A stretch of DNA of 64,000 bases from Amoebidium appalachense (GCA_963693365.1 CAVNZM010000012.1:1860001-1924000); one strand, 5' to 3'; positions 26,270 through 38,853 are shown, counted from the stretch's first letter. Notes: generated by a model from the letters alone, not told the origin. Program-made: numbers and translations.

Positions 26270-28387
26270 ATGCCTCGTTTTAGTTTTGCCTTGAAAGGGG
26301 CCCCTTCTGAGGCAGGCACGCACACTCGCCTTCCCCTGCATCATTTCTTGATTCTCGCACTTCTTCTCACGACCACATTCCCAGCGGTTTTCGCCGCCCC
26401 AGCATCCACACCTCTTCCACGACTCATTCGTAAAAACGCCGATATAGATGAGCGCACTGTTTATACACAAACCACCACTCCCGCCGACTACGACACACCC
26501 ACCACAAAGGATGCATATGCCACCACAAGCGCAACTACCACTGGCAATATATATGAAACCTCGTCCACTACCCAGCGCGGGCGCGAATACAGGAAAACCC
26601 CAACACCCACCACTACTCCTAGCCATTACGGTGAAGACACAACCAGCAGCACGCAGACACACAGGTATTATTCAAATTCACACAAGGCCACTACCCGCGA
26701 TGGTGAATATCCTATGACCACCACAACCAAGACTGGGTACCGTGCCGCATGCACCCGTTCTTCTACCCGCACCCAACTTGAAGACTCCGATTACGAAACC
26801 TCCATCTCGAGGGATGATGATGGATACCGTGGCACACGCACAACGGACACTTATGGGAACGAAGAGACTGAAACGCGACGCTCGTACGGAGAGACCACTA
26901 CTACCACTGGATACAACACACACCGCACGAGAAACACTTATCAGAACGAAGAAACGGAAACGCGGCGCTCGTACGGAGCACGCACCACCACAACAAACAG
27001 AGGGTACGCTACCGGTTGTAGAGCTACTTCTTCTTCTTCCTCTTCATATTCCGCCACCAATACTGGGAGTAACACCGGGAAAAACGAAGGGTCACGAGGG
27101 CAACAGTTTGGGTTTTTCAACGACAACATAATGAGCCGTATGCGTGAGCATGTGATGGGAATGGTGAAAAGGGCAGGCGGTGCCCGCGGCAACAACAACA
27201 ATGAAAACAACGGGTGTGGTGGTTCTAGCGATTGGGGTTATGGTTATGGTACTACTAGCACAACATCTGATGGGTACCGTGCTACTCGCGCAACTTCTAA
27301 CGAGTATGGTATGACTAGCACACCTACCACCACTAGAACGGATGGCAACTACGAACGCGCACACAACAATGAAAACAACAACAACAACAATGACAATCAC
27401 GGGAATAAGGGAGTGAACGGCAGACACGAAGGAAGAAACAATAACAAGGAGAGCGAATATCGATCAACGCGTACCACAACCCCTACTCCTACACGCAGCC
27501 ACGGCGCATACAAAACATCCACCCACACATCGGCTACTCGCTATGGTGAGAATGCCCAAGAATACACTACCACTACAGCATCGCAGTATGATGAAAAGTT
27601 TCGTGAATACGGTCAACAGGACGAATTGGATGGCGGCGAATATCGATCAACGCGTACAACAACCCCTACTCCTACTCGCAGCTATAGCGAATACAATACA
27701 CCCACCCACACAACGACAACACACTATGGTGAGAACAACCGAGAATACACGACTACTACCACCAGAGCGGCAAAATATGAGGAGAATACTCGCCAATACG
27801 ACCAACAGGACGGATCGCTTGGCGGTGAATACAACACGGTAGATGACTATAAGATAACCACCACCATCACAACACAGCACAGCTATGCATATGCAACCCC
27901 TACCGTCACTTCAACATCTGTCCGAAACACAAGCAAATACACTGCCAAATTATTGCGCGGGGAAGAATATACTGGAATCGATCGGGGTCATTCAGGCGAT
28001 GAAAGCGCGGCACATTTTGTCGGAGAGAAAAATGAAGAAAATCGTAACAAGGGTGGTCGGAAGGGTGTTATCTATGCGGAGAGTAATCGGCCTAATGAAT
28101 ATGAAAAGACAACTGGTGGATATCCCAAAAGCGATATTCGTGAATACAACCCTAGCAAGGTTGCGGATGAATACGAGAGCGAATACTACTACAAACCCTA
28201 CGAACGAAGCGACAGTGAATACAAGCGAACCAATTCGGATAATGAATACGTGACGAATAATGAGGCGGAATATTACTACATGCGGTACGATCATGAGCAT
28301 GAGAGGGGCCGTAGCTACGGTCCCAAACCCACCCCTTACACACGTGCATATGATGATGAATTTGAATACCGTAGTGAATATAATTAG
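26270..28387 (+). CDS. Intronless, probably secreted Thr/Tyr/Glu/Asn-rich repeat protein (about 705 aa)
   Basis: 2.1-kb open frame free of the genome's C/G and CA tracts; ATG in GCACCATG context; hydrophobic FLILALLLTTTFPAVFA-AP signal-like segment; internal duplications (NEETETRRSYG x2; EYRSTRTTTPTPTRS x2). Confidence 0.8.
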   Translation: MPRFSFALKGAPSEAGTHTRLPLHHFLILALLLTTTFPAVFAAPASTPLPRLIRKNADIDERTVYTQTTTPADYDTPTTKDAYATTSATTTGNIYETSSTTQRGREYRKTPTPTTTPSHYGEDTTSSTQTHRYYSNSHKATTRDGEYPMTTTTKTGYRAACTRSSTRTQLEDSDYETSISRDDDGYRGTRTTDTYGNEETETRRSYGETTTTTGYNTHRTRNTYQNEETETRRSYGARTTTTNRGYATGCRATSSSSSSYSATNTGSNTGKNEGSRGQQFGFFNDNIMSRMREHVMGMVKRAGGARGNNNNENNGCGGSSDWGYGYGTTSTTSDGYRATRATSNEYGMTSTPTTTRTDGNYERAHNNENNNNNNDNHGNKGVNGRHEGRNNNKESEYRSTRTTTPTPTRSHGAYKTSTHTSATRYGENAQEYTTTTASQYDEKFREYGQQDELDGGEYRSTRTTTPTPTRSYSEYNTPTHTTTTHYGENNREYTTTTTRAAKYEENTRQYDQQDGSLGGEYNTVDDYKITTTITTQHSYAYATPTVTSTSVRNTSKYTAKLLRGEEYTGIDRGHSGDESAAHFVGEKNEENRNKGGRKGVIYAESNRPNEYEKTTGGYPKSDIREYNPSKVADEYESEYYYKPYERSDSEYKRTNSDNEYVTNNEAEYYYMRYDHEHERGRSYGPKPTPYTRAYDDEFEYRSEYN

Positions 28388-28900
28388 AATACCTTTTTTT
28401 TCTTTTTGTAACGTTTGGTATCTTTTAAATTTCTTCTAAATTAGGCTCCATTCTTTCTCCTTACCCACCCCACATTCCCCATTTCCTCCTATTTTTTTTG
28501 GAGGGGGGGATCAGCCTAAGCTGTCAATAATCCACATTTTTACTGGTCCCCTGACGTGCCGGTTTTGATATGCCCCTCACGTGACCATACAGTTACCCTT
28601 CCAATGTAAGTAAATTTCGGCTTCCTTTATGCTTTACAGCCCTTAAAATTTCCGCGGGTGGCAGGGCCATCTCTAAGTGCAATAAAAATGGCGTTTTAAA
28701 ACTCTGGTCCAAATTGCCCACGGGAATCCAACATTTTATAGTACCTACAGATTTTTTTGTTTGACGGCAGACCCAATTCTTTTCCGTATGCCAACTGCTT
28801 CCCTCCTCTTAGTCTCTCTTTCTCCCACTCATTCTCCCTTTCTTCATTTTTCTTTCTCCCTTCCCCTCCCCCCCCTCTCCCCCTCCCCCCAATCCTCCCG

Positions 28901-28940
<40 letters not shown>

Positions 28941-29434
28941 CCCCCTACCCCTCTACTTACCCCTTTCTCTCTCTTTATCTCTCTCTCTACCCCCCCCCCC
29001 CCCCCCCTTCCTCCCTCTCTCTAACTCTCTTTGTTTTCTCTATCTCTTGCTTTCTTTCGTCTTCCTTTCTCTCCATTTCCCTCGTCTCCCTTCCCCCACT
29101 TTCCCCTCCCTCTCCCTTCCCCGACCCTCACTCCCTTGTTCGCCTTCTTCTCTCCTGCTTTGCTTCATACAAATCCACTCCCCGTCCCCCCCCCCCCCCC
29201 CCCCCCCCCCCCTCCCCCGGCCCACAAACACACACACACCACCACCACAGCTTCTCCTCCTTCCCGTACATCCCAAGTCCTCCTCCCACTTCTCCTTCCA
29301 TTCTCCGCACATACTCATTCCTCCTGCCCTCAACCTTCTATGTATCTGCCTCCCTGCCTATCGCCCTGGTGCCTTCCAGCCTCCCCCCTCCCCCCCTCCC
29401 CCCCTTCCCCCCCAACCCCTCCCTAACCCCTCCC

Positions 29435-29467
<33 letters not shown>

Positions 29468-29630
29468 TTAATCCTCCCACATACACCCAACCCACCCCAC
29501 TCTCACACCAGGTGCCCAGCTCCAATGATAGGGCACACCAACTCACACACCCCCAATTTTATACCAACTCCCCCAGTCCGCTATCCCTGCGGCATGGCAC
29601 TATTATGCATTGCCAGGACATCATGCAACA

Positions 29631-29826
29631 ACTATGGGGTGGTAAGAGCAAGAATCGTGTTTTGACGACATAGGAATGTGTACCGGATGTCAAAGATTTG
29701 CCTCGATTTGATTGGTAGGGTTCAATGGCTGACATGCCGAACCAATCAAATCGAGGCAAATTTTCGACATCCGGTTCACATTCCCATGTCGTCAAACCAC
29801 AATTCTTGCTCTGACCACCCCATAGT
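29631..29826. other. Long inverted repeat (86-bp arms, 24-nt loop): fold-back MITE or hairpin-RNA locus
   Basis: 29631-29716 is the reverse complement of 29741-29826 with 7 mismatches and no gaps. Confidence 0.85.
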
Positions 29827-30255
29827 AGGTACGTGCAGCTAGCTGTGCAGTCCGTGCCTGATGGGAAACACGCATACGGGGGACACACAAACACACACAT
29901 ACTGTGAACATAGAAGCGCACATGCACGCACTTGCACACATGCACACACATGCACACACGCGCGCGTACACACGTATACCCCCCCCCCCCCCCCCCCCCC
30001 CCCGCCAAAAAAAAAAACAAAACATACACACACACACACACACGCATACACGCACACAACACACATGAATTCATGCAAACACCGTGTCACCCACATACAT
30101 ACACATGCACAATGACACACACATACGCGCAGAAAGAGATAGAGAAAGGGAGACAAAGAAGGAACGACGGCGGGGTGACGGGGTGGGAGGGGGGTAGGGC
30201 CAAGAAGAGAGACTATGGGAGAGAGAGAAAGGGGAGAGGGGAGGTAGAGAACTTC

Positions 30256-30688
30256 CCCAACCACACCGGCTGAGTCAACTTGCTCCGAGCAGAATTATTC
30301 TGCAAAAAGCAGAATTATTCTTCAAAAAGCAGAATAATTCTGCTTTAATTGCTCTGCAAAAGCAGAATCAATCTGCTAAAAGCATAATCTCTCTGCAAAC
30401 AGCAGAATTGATCTGCTAAACAGAATCAATCCGCTAAAAGCAGAATGATTCTGCTAAAAGCAGAACTATTCTGCTGTCGAAAACAGAATTATTCTGTTGT
30501 TTGTGAAATAATTTTGCTAAAAGCAGAATGATTCTGCTAAAAGCAGAGTGATTCTCATAAAAGCAGAGTGATTCTGCTTTTGCAGAATAAATCTGCTAAA
30601 AGCAGAGCGATTCTGCTTTTGCAGAATAATTCCGCTTTTGCATGAAACATTCTGCTTTTTGCAAGTTGACTCTGTCGATGTCGTTGGG
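30256..30688. mobile_element. Non-autonomous DNA element (CMC/EnSpm-like) with 28-bp TIRs, filled with about 20-bp palindromic repeats
   Basis: Left end CCCAACCACACCGGCTGAGTCAACTTGC matches the reverse complement of the right end with 4 mismatches; interior is roughly 18 copies of AAAAGCAGAATNATTCTGCT. Superfamily assignment is inference and the TSD is imperfect. Confidence 0.7.
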
Positions 30689-30897
30689 CCCTTAGGGAGA
30701 GGGAGAACGAGAGAGGAAAGGAGAGTGATAGATAAATAGAAAGACATATCAAGTGTGTGTGAAAGAGACAACCAGAGGACAGAAGGAGGGAGGGAAAGAG
30801 AGAGATAAGAGGGAGGGGGGAGGGGGAAGAGAGAGAAAGAGAGGGGGGGGGAGTGGGGAGAGAGAGAGAGGGGGGGGGGGGGAGGGGGGGGGGGGGG

Positions 30898-31160
<263 letters not shown>

Positions 31161-31384
31161 AAAGGAGCCTCGGAGACATAGGGAGAGAAAGGCACGAATG
31201 AAAGAACTGCATGATGTGTGAGAGAGCGGCCTGTGTGAGAGATCGGCCTCAGGCTAAGCTTATTATTATACCAACATTTATTTACGACCACCTAGTGACA
31301 CGCTGGCATCGAGAATGGATAGAAATGTGCTGTTCAGGGTCTCTCTCTCTCCCTCCCTCTCTCCCTCCCTCTCTCTCTCTCTCT

Positions 31385-31416
<32 letters not shown>

Positions 31417-31570
31417 CTCTCCCTCTCTCTCTCTATCTTTCTCTATCCGTCTTACTCTCTCTCACTCCCTCCCTCCCTCTCCCTCTAAATCTCTCTCCGC
31501 TCTCCCTCTCTCTTACTCACACACACACAGGCTCTATTTCTCTCTCTCTCTCCTCTCTCTCTCCCTCCCT

Positions 31571-31641
<71 letters not shown>

Positions 31642-31963
31642 GCGTACACACATACACACACACATCACACACACATCACACACACACACAGATCTAGACA
31701 CACACGCAGAGTCTCCTTCTTTCTCTCTCTCTTTCTCCCCCTCCACTCCCCACCCCCCTCTCCCTGTCTCTTTCACACACACACACACACATACACACAC
31801 ACACACACACACAAACATACAGACACACACAGAGTCTCTCTCTCTCTCTTCCCCGTTCCCCCCTCTATTTCTAGCTAGATCTCTCTCTGCCTCTCCCCCT
31901 CTCCCCCTCTCTCTCTCCCTCTCTCTCTCCCTCTCTCTCCCCCTCTCCCTCCCTCTCTCTCCC

Positions 31964-32020
<57 letters not shown>

Positions 32021-32203
32021 CCCTCCCCCCCCCCCCTCTCTCTCTCTGTGTTTCTTTCTCTCTCTCTCCCCCCCCCCCCCCTCTCTGTCTCTCAGGCTCT
32101 CTCTCTCCCCCAGTCCCTCTCCCTTTCGCCCTCCCCCCTCCTCCCCCTCTCCCCCTCCCCCCTCCCCTCTCTCCCCCCACCCCCTCTCTCCCCCCGCCCC
32201 ACC

Positions 32204-32239
<36 letters not shown>

Positions 32240-33049
32240 TCCCCTCTCTCTCCATACCTTTCTCCTAGGCCCTATCTCTTCCCCCGTTCCACTCTGTGTG
32301 TGAATGTACGCGTGCACGTGGCTGCCGAGCGGGCATGTCATGTTGTCTTGTGTTATTATGTGTGAGGATCCCATCTTGTGAGTGTGTGTATGTGTAAGTG
32401 TGTGTGTGTGTGTGTGTGCACATGTTTGCACGTGTGTGTATGTGTGTGTGTGTGCGTGTGTGCGCGTGTGCGTGTGTGTGTGTTTGCGTGTGTGCGTGCG
32501 TGTGTGTGTGTGTGAAGTGGAACTCGGGTGTATGACACGTGAACGTTTTTTCAGCGTGTGTGCGTGTGCGCTTGTGTCACAGTGTGTGTCTTCTTGTGAG
32601 TGATTAAGGGTGGCATTTACCTGGGCTTATTCGGTCCTTTGGGATTACTTGTTCACTTTGAGTCAGTCAATCCGGATTGTCACTGCTATAGAGATCTTTC
32701 TTCCAATCAACAATAGTGTTTGGCCGTGTTTCTTTGCTCGAATGTGATGTCACTGGAATGTAAACAAGCAGATCCTACCATCTGATTGGATCTTAGATCA
32801 CAAGCAGCTATTGGTGGATCTGAGTTGTGGCTCGAATACGTATGCCTGCCCTGCAGGCTGTATGTAGTTTCAGCTCTTTAGCTGTGCTACAACAGTTAAA
32901 ATCACTGTTATCATTTATATAAACAGTTAGTTTTACAAAACTATTTATTTAAACCAAATTTTTACCGGTGACTTGCGCTCAATATAATATCTTAGATCCC
33001 TAGATTTTGAGTCGTGACGTCAATTTTAGATGGCCCTCCTACTAAAAAT

Positions 33050-33130
33050 AGTCTACCAATCAAACATTCAAACAGGCTTAGCCAATCAAATCCGGTAGTG
33101 CTGCAACGAGTAGGTACAGTATATATAGCT
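33050..33130 (+). promoter_or_regulatory. Putative promoter of the NlpC/P60 gene
   Basis: CCAAT at 33056 and 33082, then TATATATAG at 33120, about 240 bp upstream of the ATG. Confidence 0.45.
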
Positions 33131-33365
33131 ACAATAGCACAGGCATCAAAGTTTCAGTTCGATCAGACCTTCTTCTCTACAGTGCAAGCAGGGAGCCTGT
33201 TGCGACGAACCGAAGGCCACAACATAAACATACACGCTGACATACATAGTCCACCCGCAACTTTTCATCGCACCATATTCGGCACAACAGCGGGTTTCCA
33301 CCACCTTTCCATTGTTTTAGAATAATTACACAGCTGATTATAGGTATAGGTCGACGTCCACCATC

Positions 33366-34169
33366 ATGAAGCTTCTTGCCCTCTTTGTCGCCGCCATGGC
33401 CACCTCTTCCGCGCACGCAGCCCCTGCAGGCAACACCACCACAGCTACTACAAAGGATTCGGCTATCCTAGCATCCCAAAAGCCCCTTGTGCACTTGCAC
33501 CGCCGAGATGACCAATTTTCCAGCGTTTTTGCTTCTCAGCTGGCACTTCAAGCCCGCTATGAACAGTGCTGGCCTGGAATGAAGTTCGACACGTGGGGCC
33601 CCCACGACCCGTGCTTCTCACAGAACATCCCAGATATTCCCACTGCACGTGCGCGCCTTGTACTTGCCGCCGATTACTACACCAAGCAGGGGTTAATTTA
33701 CGCTCATCAACACGACCCTTACTGGATTAACCCCAAGACTGGGAAGAAGGGAATCGACTGCTCAAACCTCACCGCATGGCTCTACAACTTTGTGCTTGGG
33801 ATTTATTTCAGCAGCGACATCACTGCCCAGTCATCTATGAGCCTACCTCGCGTTACAGACTACTCTTCCCTTGGTAACGGAGATATTGTATTCTTTTCCG
33901 GTGGCGAAAAACTCACCAAGATCACTCACGCAGGTATCGTCGTGCGCAATGGGTCGACCATTACTGTTATAAATAGCTCGTCAAAGTTCAATGGGCCATT
34001 CCCGTCCACCGACACCAAGACATGGCCTCTGAACAGTTTTCAGTATGGTTTCCATGCGAGCGATATTATCGGGGCGTGGAATAACAACCGCAAGAGCGTG
34101 GTACAGGGACTGTGTGCACTTGTCCCTGTTAACGGGAAATGTAGTAGTGTGCGTGTAGTCCGTGTGTAA
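33366..34169 (+). CDS. Secreted NlpC/P60 (C40) family cysteine peptidase, intronless, 267 aa
   Basis: Signal peptide MKLLALFVAAMATSSAHA-AP; possible pro-segment ending LHRR; conserved Tyr (GLIY), GIDCSNL (catalytic Cys), GDIVFF, ITHAGIV (catalytic His), VINSSS (third polar residue). Confidence 0.88.
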   Translation: MKLLALFVAAMATSSAHAAPAGNTTTATTKDSAILASQKPLVHLHRRDDQFSSVFASQLALQARYEQCWPGMKFDTWGPHDPCFSQNIPDIPTARARLVLAADYYTKQGLIYAHQHDPYWINPKTGKKGIDCSNLTAWLYNFVLGIYFSSDITAQSSMSLPRVTDYSSLGNGDIVFFSGGEKLTKITHAGIVVRNGSTITVINSSSKFNGPFPSTDTKTWPLNSFQYGFHASDIIGAWNNNRKSVVQGLCALVPVNGKCSSVRVVRV

Positions 34170-34698
34170 GGATACCGTAAAGCTTAATGGCAAAGATGAT
34201 GTTGAAAAATATATCTTTCTGCCTGAGCGTGCATTTAGGCCCATAGTACTGCACAACACTCAGAAGTTGTTACTAGAGTAGCGAGTCACGGTAGTGTATG
34301 GGATGGAGGAATCAAACACCTGTGAAACCCTCGGGCTCCTCTTGTTCAGAAAATTGCTTTTTATGTCGTGCTACATGTTTATTGAGTAGGTGTAGGTTAT
34401 TTTATCAGAGGGTATATTGAATGCACTTGGCTAATGCTAACGGGGTAGGGTTTTCTAAGTGGACTTATACAGCGAAGTATGTAGAGGATTTGTAAATACT
34501 ATCACAAAACAACGAAATTTGCGGGTGCAGAGTAACTCTACTCCGGGTGTCCATTGGGGTGGAAAATGCCGCTATGGACATGGCAATCGTTGAATAAATA
34601 AATCAGGTTGTAAGATGTTTCTCCTTGATTCTGCCTGTTTGGCTATAGAAAACATTTAACACACGGTCATACACGCACACGCACAAGCACCCCCCCCC

Positions 34699-34729
<31 letters not shown>

Positions 34730-35674
34730 CGTGGCACACACACAAACACACACACACAAACACACAGACACTAACACAGCACGTTGGTGCTCCGAACCTC
34801 CCCACGTTTCTTGTGCTGTATTCCTTTCCCCCCTTCCTATCCCCCAGTCCCCCGTCCTCCCCCCCCACCTCCCCATGCCCACACACGCACGCACGCACAC
34901 ACACGCGCACGCACACACGTGCGCGCACACACAAACACAAACACGCACGCACGCGCGCACGCGCACACACATACACACACACACACACACTGTCTCTCTC
35001 TCTCTCTCTCTCTCTCACTCTCTTACACACACAAGGACACACACGCCGTCCCCACGCCCTCCATCCCCCCCCCCCCCCCCCTCCCCCCCCCAACGCACGT
35101 AAAGCTTTCCTCGTCCCCCAACCGTCTTCTGAGGTCCACTCCTTAAGACTCTCACACTGCTATTTTGGCATGGTGTATTCTAAACTACAAATATCCGACT
35201 CAGTTGATGGATACACACTCACCGTACACACACACATACACACACACAGATCACACCACACCCCCACTGGTGCCCTCCCCCCTCCTCCCCTCCTCCCCCC
35301 TCCCCCCCCCCCCTCCCCCCCCTCCCCCCCCCCCCCCCCCCCACCACACACACACATGCAAACACACGGGGCCCGGGTGTGTGTTTTTGTGTGTGTTTTA
35401 TTTTTTATTTTTTATTTTTATTTTATTTTTATTTTTAGGGGGGGGGGGGGGTATAGGGGGGCAACTTGAAACCGTTACCATGGTACCAGTGCAAGTGCAA
35501 AAGGTTCCCTGTACAGAAATTTCCTATGGACCCCCCCCCCCCTCCCCCCCTTCTGCCTCTAAGAAAATGACAGCAGTCGTCCATTGAAAGACACTGTTCC
35601 GTGACCACATTTTGGGGGGATCTTATTGGCGGACGGCACAACTGTAATTCGAGTCTCGCGGGGCAGGATTAGAT

Positions 35675-37535
35675 TTTTATTTTATTTTATCACGTTTTGT
35701 TCCCGGAGGGCCTTTTCAGGCCCTCTAGGGAAACTACCGTCTACCACACAGCACCGACAGTACACTAGTTAAGGTGCTATCTATGAGTTCAGCTAAGCTA
35801 AACCATCCTTCACAACCTAACTATAAGTACACACTTTGCCCAGGGCTACTACCCCAGCCACGCCGGCAGGAGGCTCCAGTCCTCCCCTCCATTCAAAACC
35901 TAGCAATAAACGTTAACCGAGGGCTCTCATTGGTCGATCTACAGTATTGGGAAGTCCTAGGTGTTGTGTATAATATTTACGGTGGGTATGGGTGGATGAT
36001 GGGGTGTGGTGGTGGTGGTGGTGGGGGGTTGCTGCCTAACATTATGTGTTGGTGTACGTATGTTGTGGCGATGTTTTTGTGGACTAAAAGGTGGATTTTA
36101 CAGGGCACACCGGGTCTGTGTGTGTTCCGGCAGTCAGAACAGGCCGGCCGGGTGTGTGTGGGGGGTGTATTTGTTGGTGTTTTGGGTTTTTGGAGAGCCA
36201 TACTTTTCTTTCTACGGGTGGTGGGTATATGGTGGTGTTTTTGCATTTTGGGGTGGGTGGGGGGGAGTGTTGTGTTCCGTGGGTGCCAAATTTTTGAAAA
36301 GAAAAAGGATTGCAACTCTACTGTGATTTTTCCTAAGATGGCCCGGGTGGTGGTCTTGGTGGTGCCGGTGGCTGCAAGTAGTGGGCCCACCGATCGTGGG
36401 CAGAATCCCCGTTCGACCCACTTGGTGTCTTCGGGGTCAGGTGGGTCACCGTTGCCTCCTATCCAGTTTATCCATGCACATTGGTCTACCACCGTGGCTG
36501 CCGTATGGTGGTGCTGTGCCGTGGGGGTGTTTGGATGACGAGTGTGCAGGACGTTGTGGATGCAGGCTGTGATGGCGGTGGTCAGGGTGGGGACTTCCCC
36601 GGCATGGGCCGGGCAGGCCCAGAGGTGGGTGGTGGTCTCAGGGTGCTGGCTGCACCGGGGGCATGTGGGCTGTGTAACGACGGTGGGGTGATCTCGGTGT
36701 AGCCGTGCCATGGTAGGCAGGGTGCCCATGGCCAGGGACAGGCTACGAGTGTTTCCTCTGACTGCCCCGATGGTTGCCTGTGTGGGCCCCTTGTTGAGCT
36801 TGAGGGGGTTCCGTTCGGCTGGGAGCAGTCTGGGGTCGGCTAGTATGGACATAGCCTTGGTCTTGCCGGCCATGTCGGTGAGGAAGTCCTTGTTCAACCG
36901 GTTCAGTGTACCGGGAATGTTGCCGGGGATACGGTGGCCTTGTAGTCGTAGGAAGTATTTCCCCCCCCCCCGGGGGCCGGAGGTAGGGGGGGGGGGGGGG
37001 GGGGAGGACTCTTCCTGCATTGGCTGCCTTGTCTGCCTCGTTATTCCGTTGACCGTACCGTTTGGTGTTGGATTGGTGCCCCTTCACCCACGATACCTGT
37101 ACAGAGCCTGGTTGCCGGAGAGAGAGTTGGTCTCGTACGTGGGCCCATTCCACTATGTGGGGGAACTTTAGCTTGCGTCGAGGGGGTGTGGTGGGGTCTA
37201 TATTTGCCGTCCATCGGTCGACTACTCCGAGGTTATCGAGCTTGATGTGGATGGGGTGGTGGTGGGGGTGAGCAGGAGGGCTAGTAGTACCCCTGTGAGT
37301 TCGGCTTGGGTGGATGATAGGGCCGTATGGAGCCTGGTCTTGGCCGTCACTGGTGGTGCTTTCCGGTCCGGGGTGTCCAGTACCGCCCCGGCTCCGGCCT
37401 GGGCTATCCTCCTGCCCGGGTGGATGAGGCTGCCGTCCGTATAAACGGTGATCGGTTGGTCTGGGGGGATCAGGGTGATTTGCTGCTGCCACTCGTCATA
37501 GGTGGCCTGGGGCACCAAGTCGGTGTAGGTGAGCC
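35675..37535 (-). mobile_element. 5'-truncated non-LTR retrotransposon (RNase H plus C-terminal CCHC finger), frameshifted
   Basis: VYTDGS, SSTQAELTGV, IKLDNLGVV, WVKGHQ..NNEADKAA (RNase H D-E-D-D); CPRCSQHPETTTHLWAC; (ATAAA)n tail; 13-bp TSD GGCAGGATTAGAT at 35662-35674 and 37536-37548. Confidence 0.93.
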
Positions 37536-38722
37536 GGCAGGATTAGATCAGTGTATTTCATTAGAGCAAGAATCCGGAAGTACCTTATGTACTTGAGGAC
37601 TCGCCTTTTATGGAAGTACTTCCATATCGGGAAGTAAGCTCTGCACACAACTGCATGTTTGGGTGTGTCCACGACTCCAGACAAATATTTTTAACTATAC
37701 GAAACATCAGATCTCCACCAGAATAGGGCCGGTACATATGGGTGACATGTGGATTACTGGGAATGATTGCATAAAACCATGACCTCCATCAATATATGTG
37801 ATCGCTAAACGAAATTGGGGTACTTGCTTTGGGCGGTTGGTATGCTTGAGAGCTAGGCTACCCGGGCGTGTGTGACGTGTGTGTGTACACGTAGGTTGTC
37901 TTGTAGGCCAAAAGGGGGAGGGGAAGGGGGGAAGGGGGGGCACGGGGGGGGGGAGGAGGGGGGTGGGGGGGGAAGGGGGTCGGGTGGGGGGGAGGGGATA
38001 GGGGAAGGGGAGCCGGCTTGTTTGTGTATGCACCGAGGCCTCCTATATACCAACATTTGCTGGTATATGGGAGGCCTTGATATAATCCGGAAGGTTGGGG
38101 GGGGGGGGGAAGAGGGAAGGGGGGGAGGGGGAAGGGGGGAGTTTACAGTGAAACGGTCAACGAAAGGAAGGGTCTGCCGCAGAGAGGGAGGGTCCCGGAG
38201 GGATGGAAGATTGGGAAGGGAGGAGGGTGGGGAAGGCCCAAGATAAAGGACAGCCACCTTTGGAGGACGAAGGACGGGGGAGGGGGGGACGGGAGGAGGA
38301 GGGGGGGCAGCCTGCTTCAAATTCAAAAGTGCGACCCTTGGCAACCACTATGGTTCTTGCAAGTGGGGTATTACGATGATGCAACCGTGGCCCCGGGGGG
38401 GGGGGGGGGGGGGGGGGGGGAGGGGGGGGGGGAGGGGGGAGGGGGAGGGAGGGAGGGGGGGAGGGGGGAGGGGGGAGGGGGGAGAATGGGAAAAGGAAGG
38501 GGACTGGAGGGACCACAGGGGGAGGGGGGGACGGGGGGGGGAAGGGGGAGGGGGCATAGTATATGGCAATAACTAAAAACGAAAACTTTATTCGTGGAGA
38601 CAAATCGAAGGCCTTGTGAGGTCAATAATTCGAAAGAAAAGAGGAAAGAAGGGGATATTGACAGGAAGAATATAGTATAGAAGATAGGGAGGAAGGGCAT
38701 GGGAATAGAGGGGGGGATAACT

Positions 38723-38853
<131 letters not shown>

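Noticed and set aside
30286-30663. CRISPR-like array of palindromic repeats
   Set aside because: Units abut with no unique spacers, no cas genes are present, the context is eukaryotic, and the array is enclosed by TIRs.
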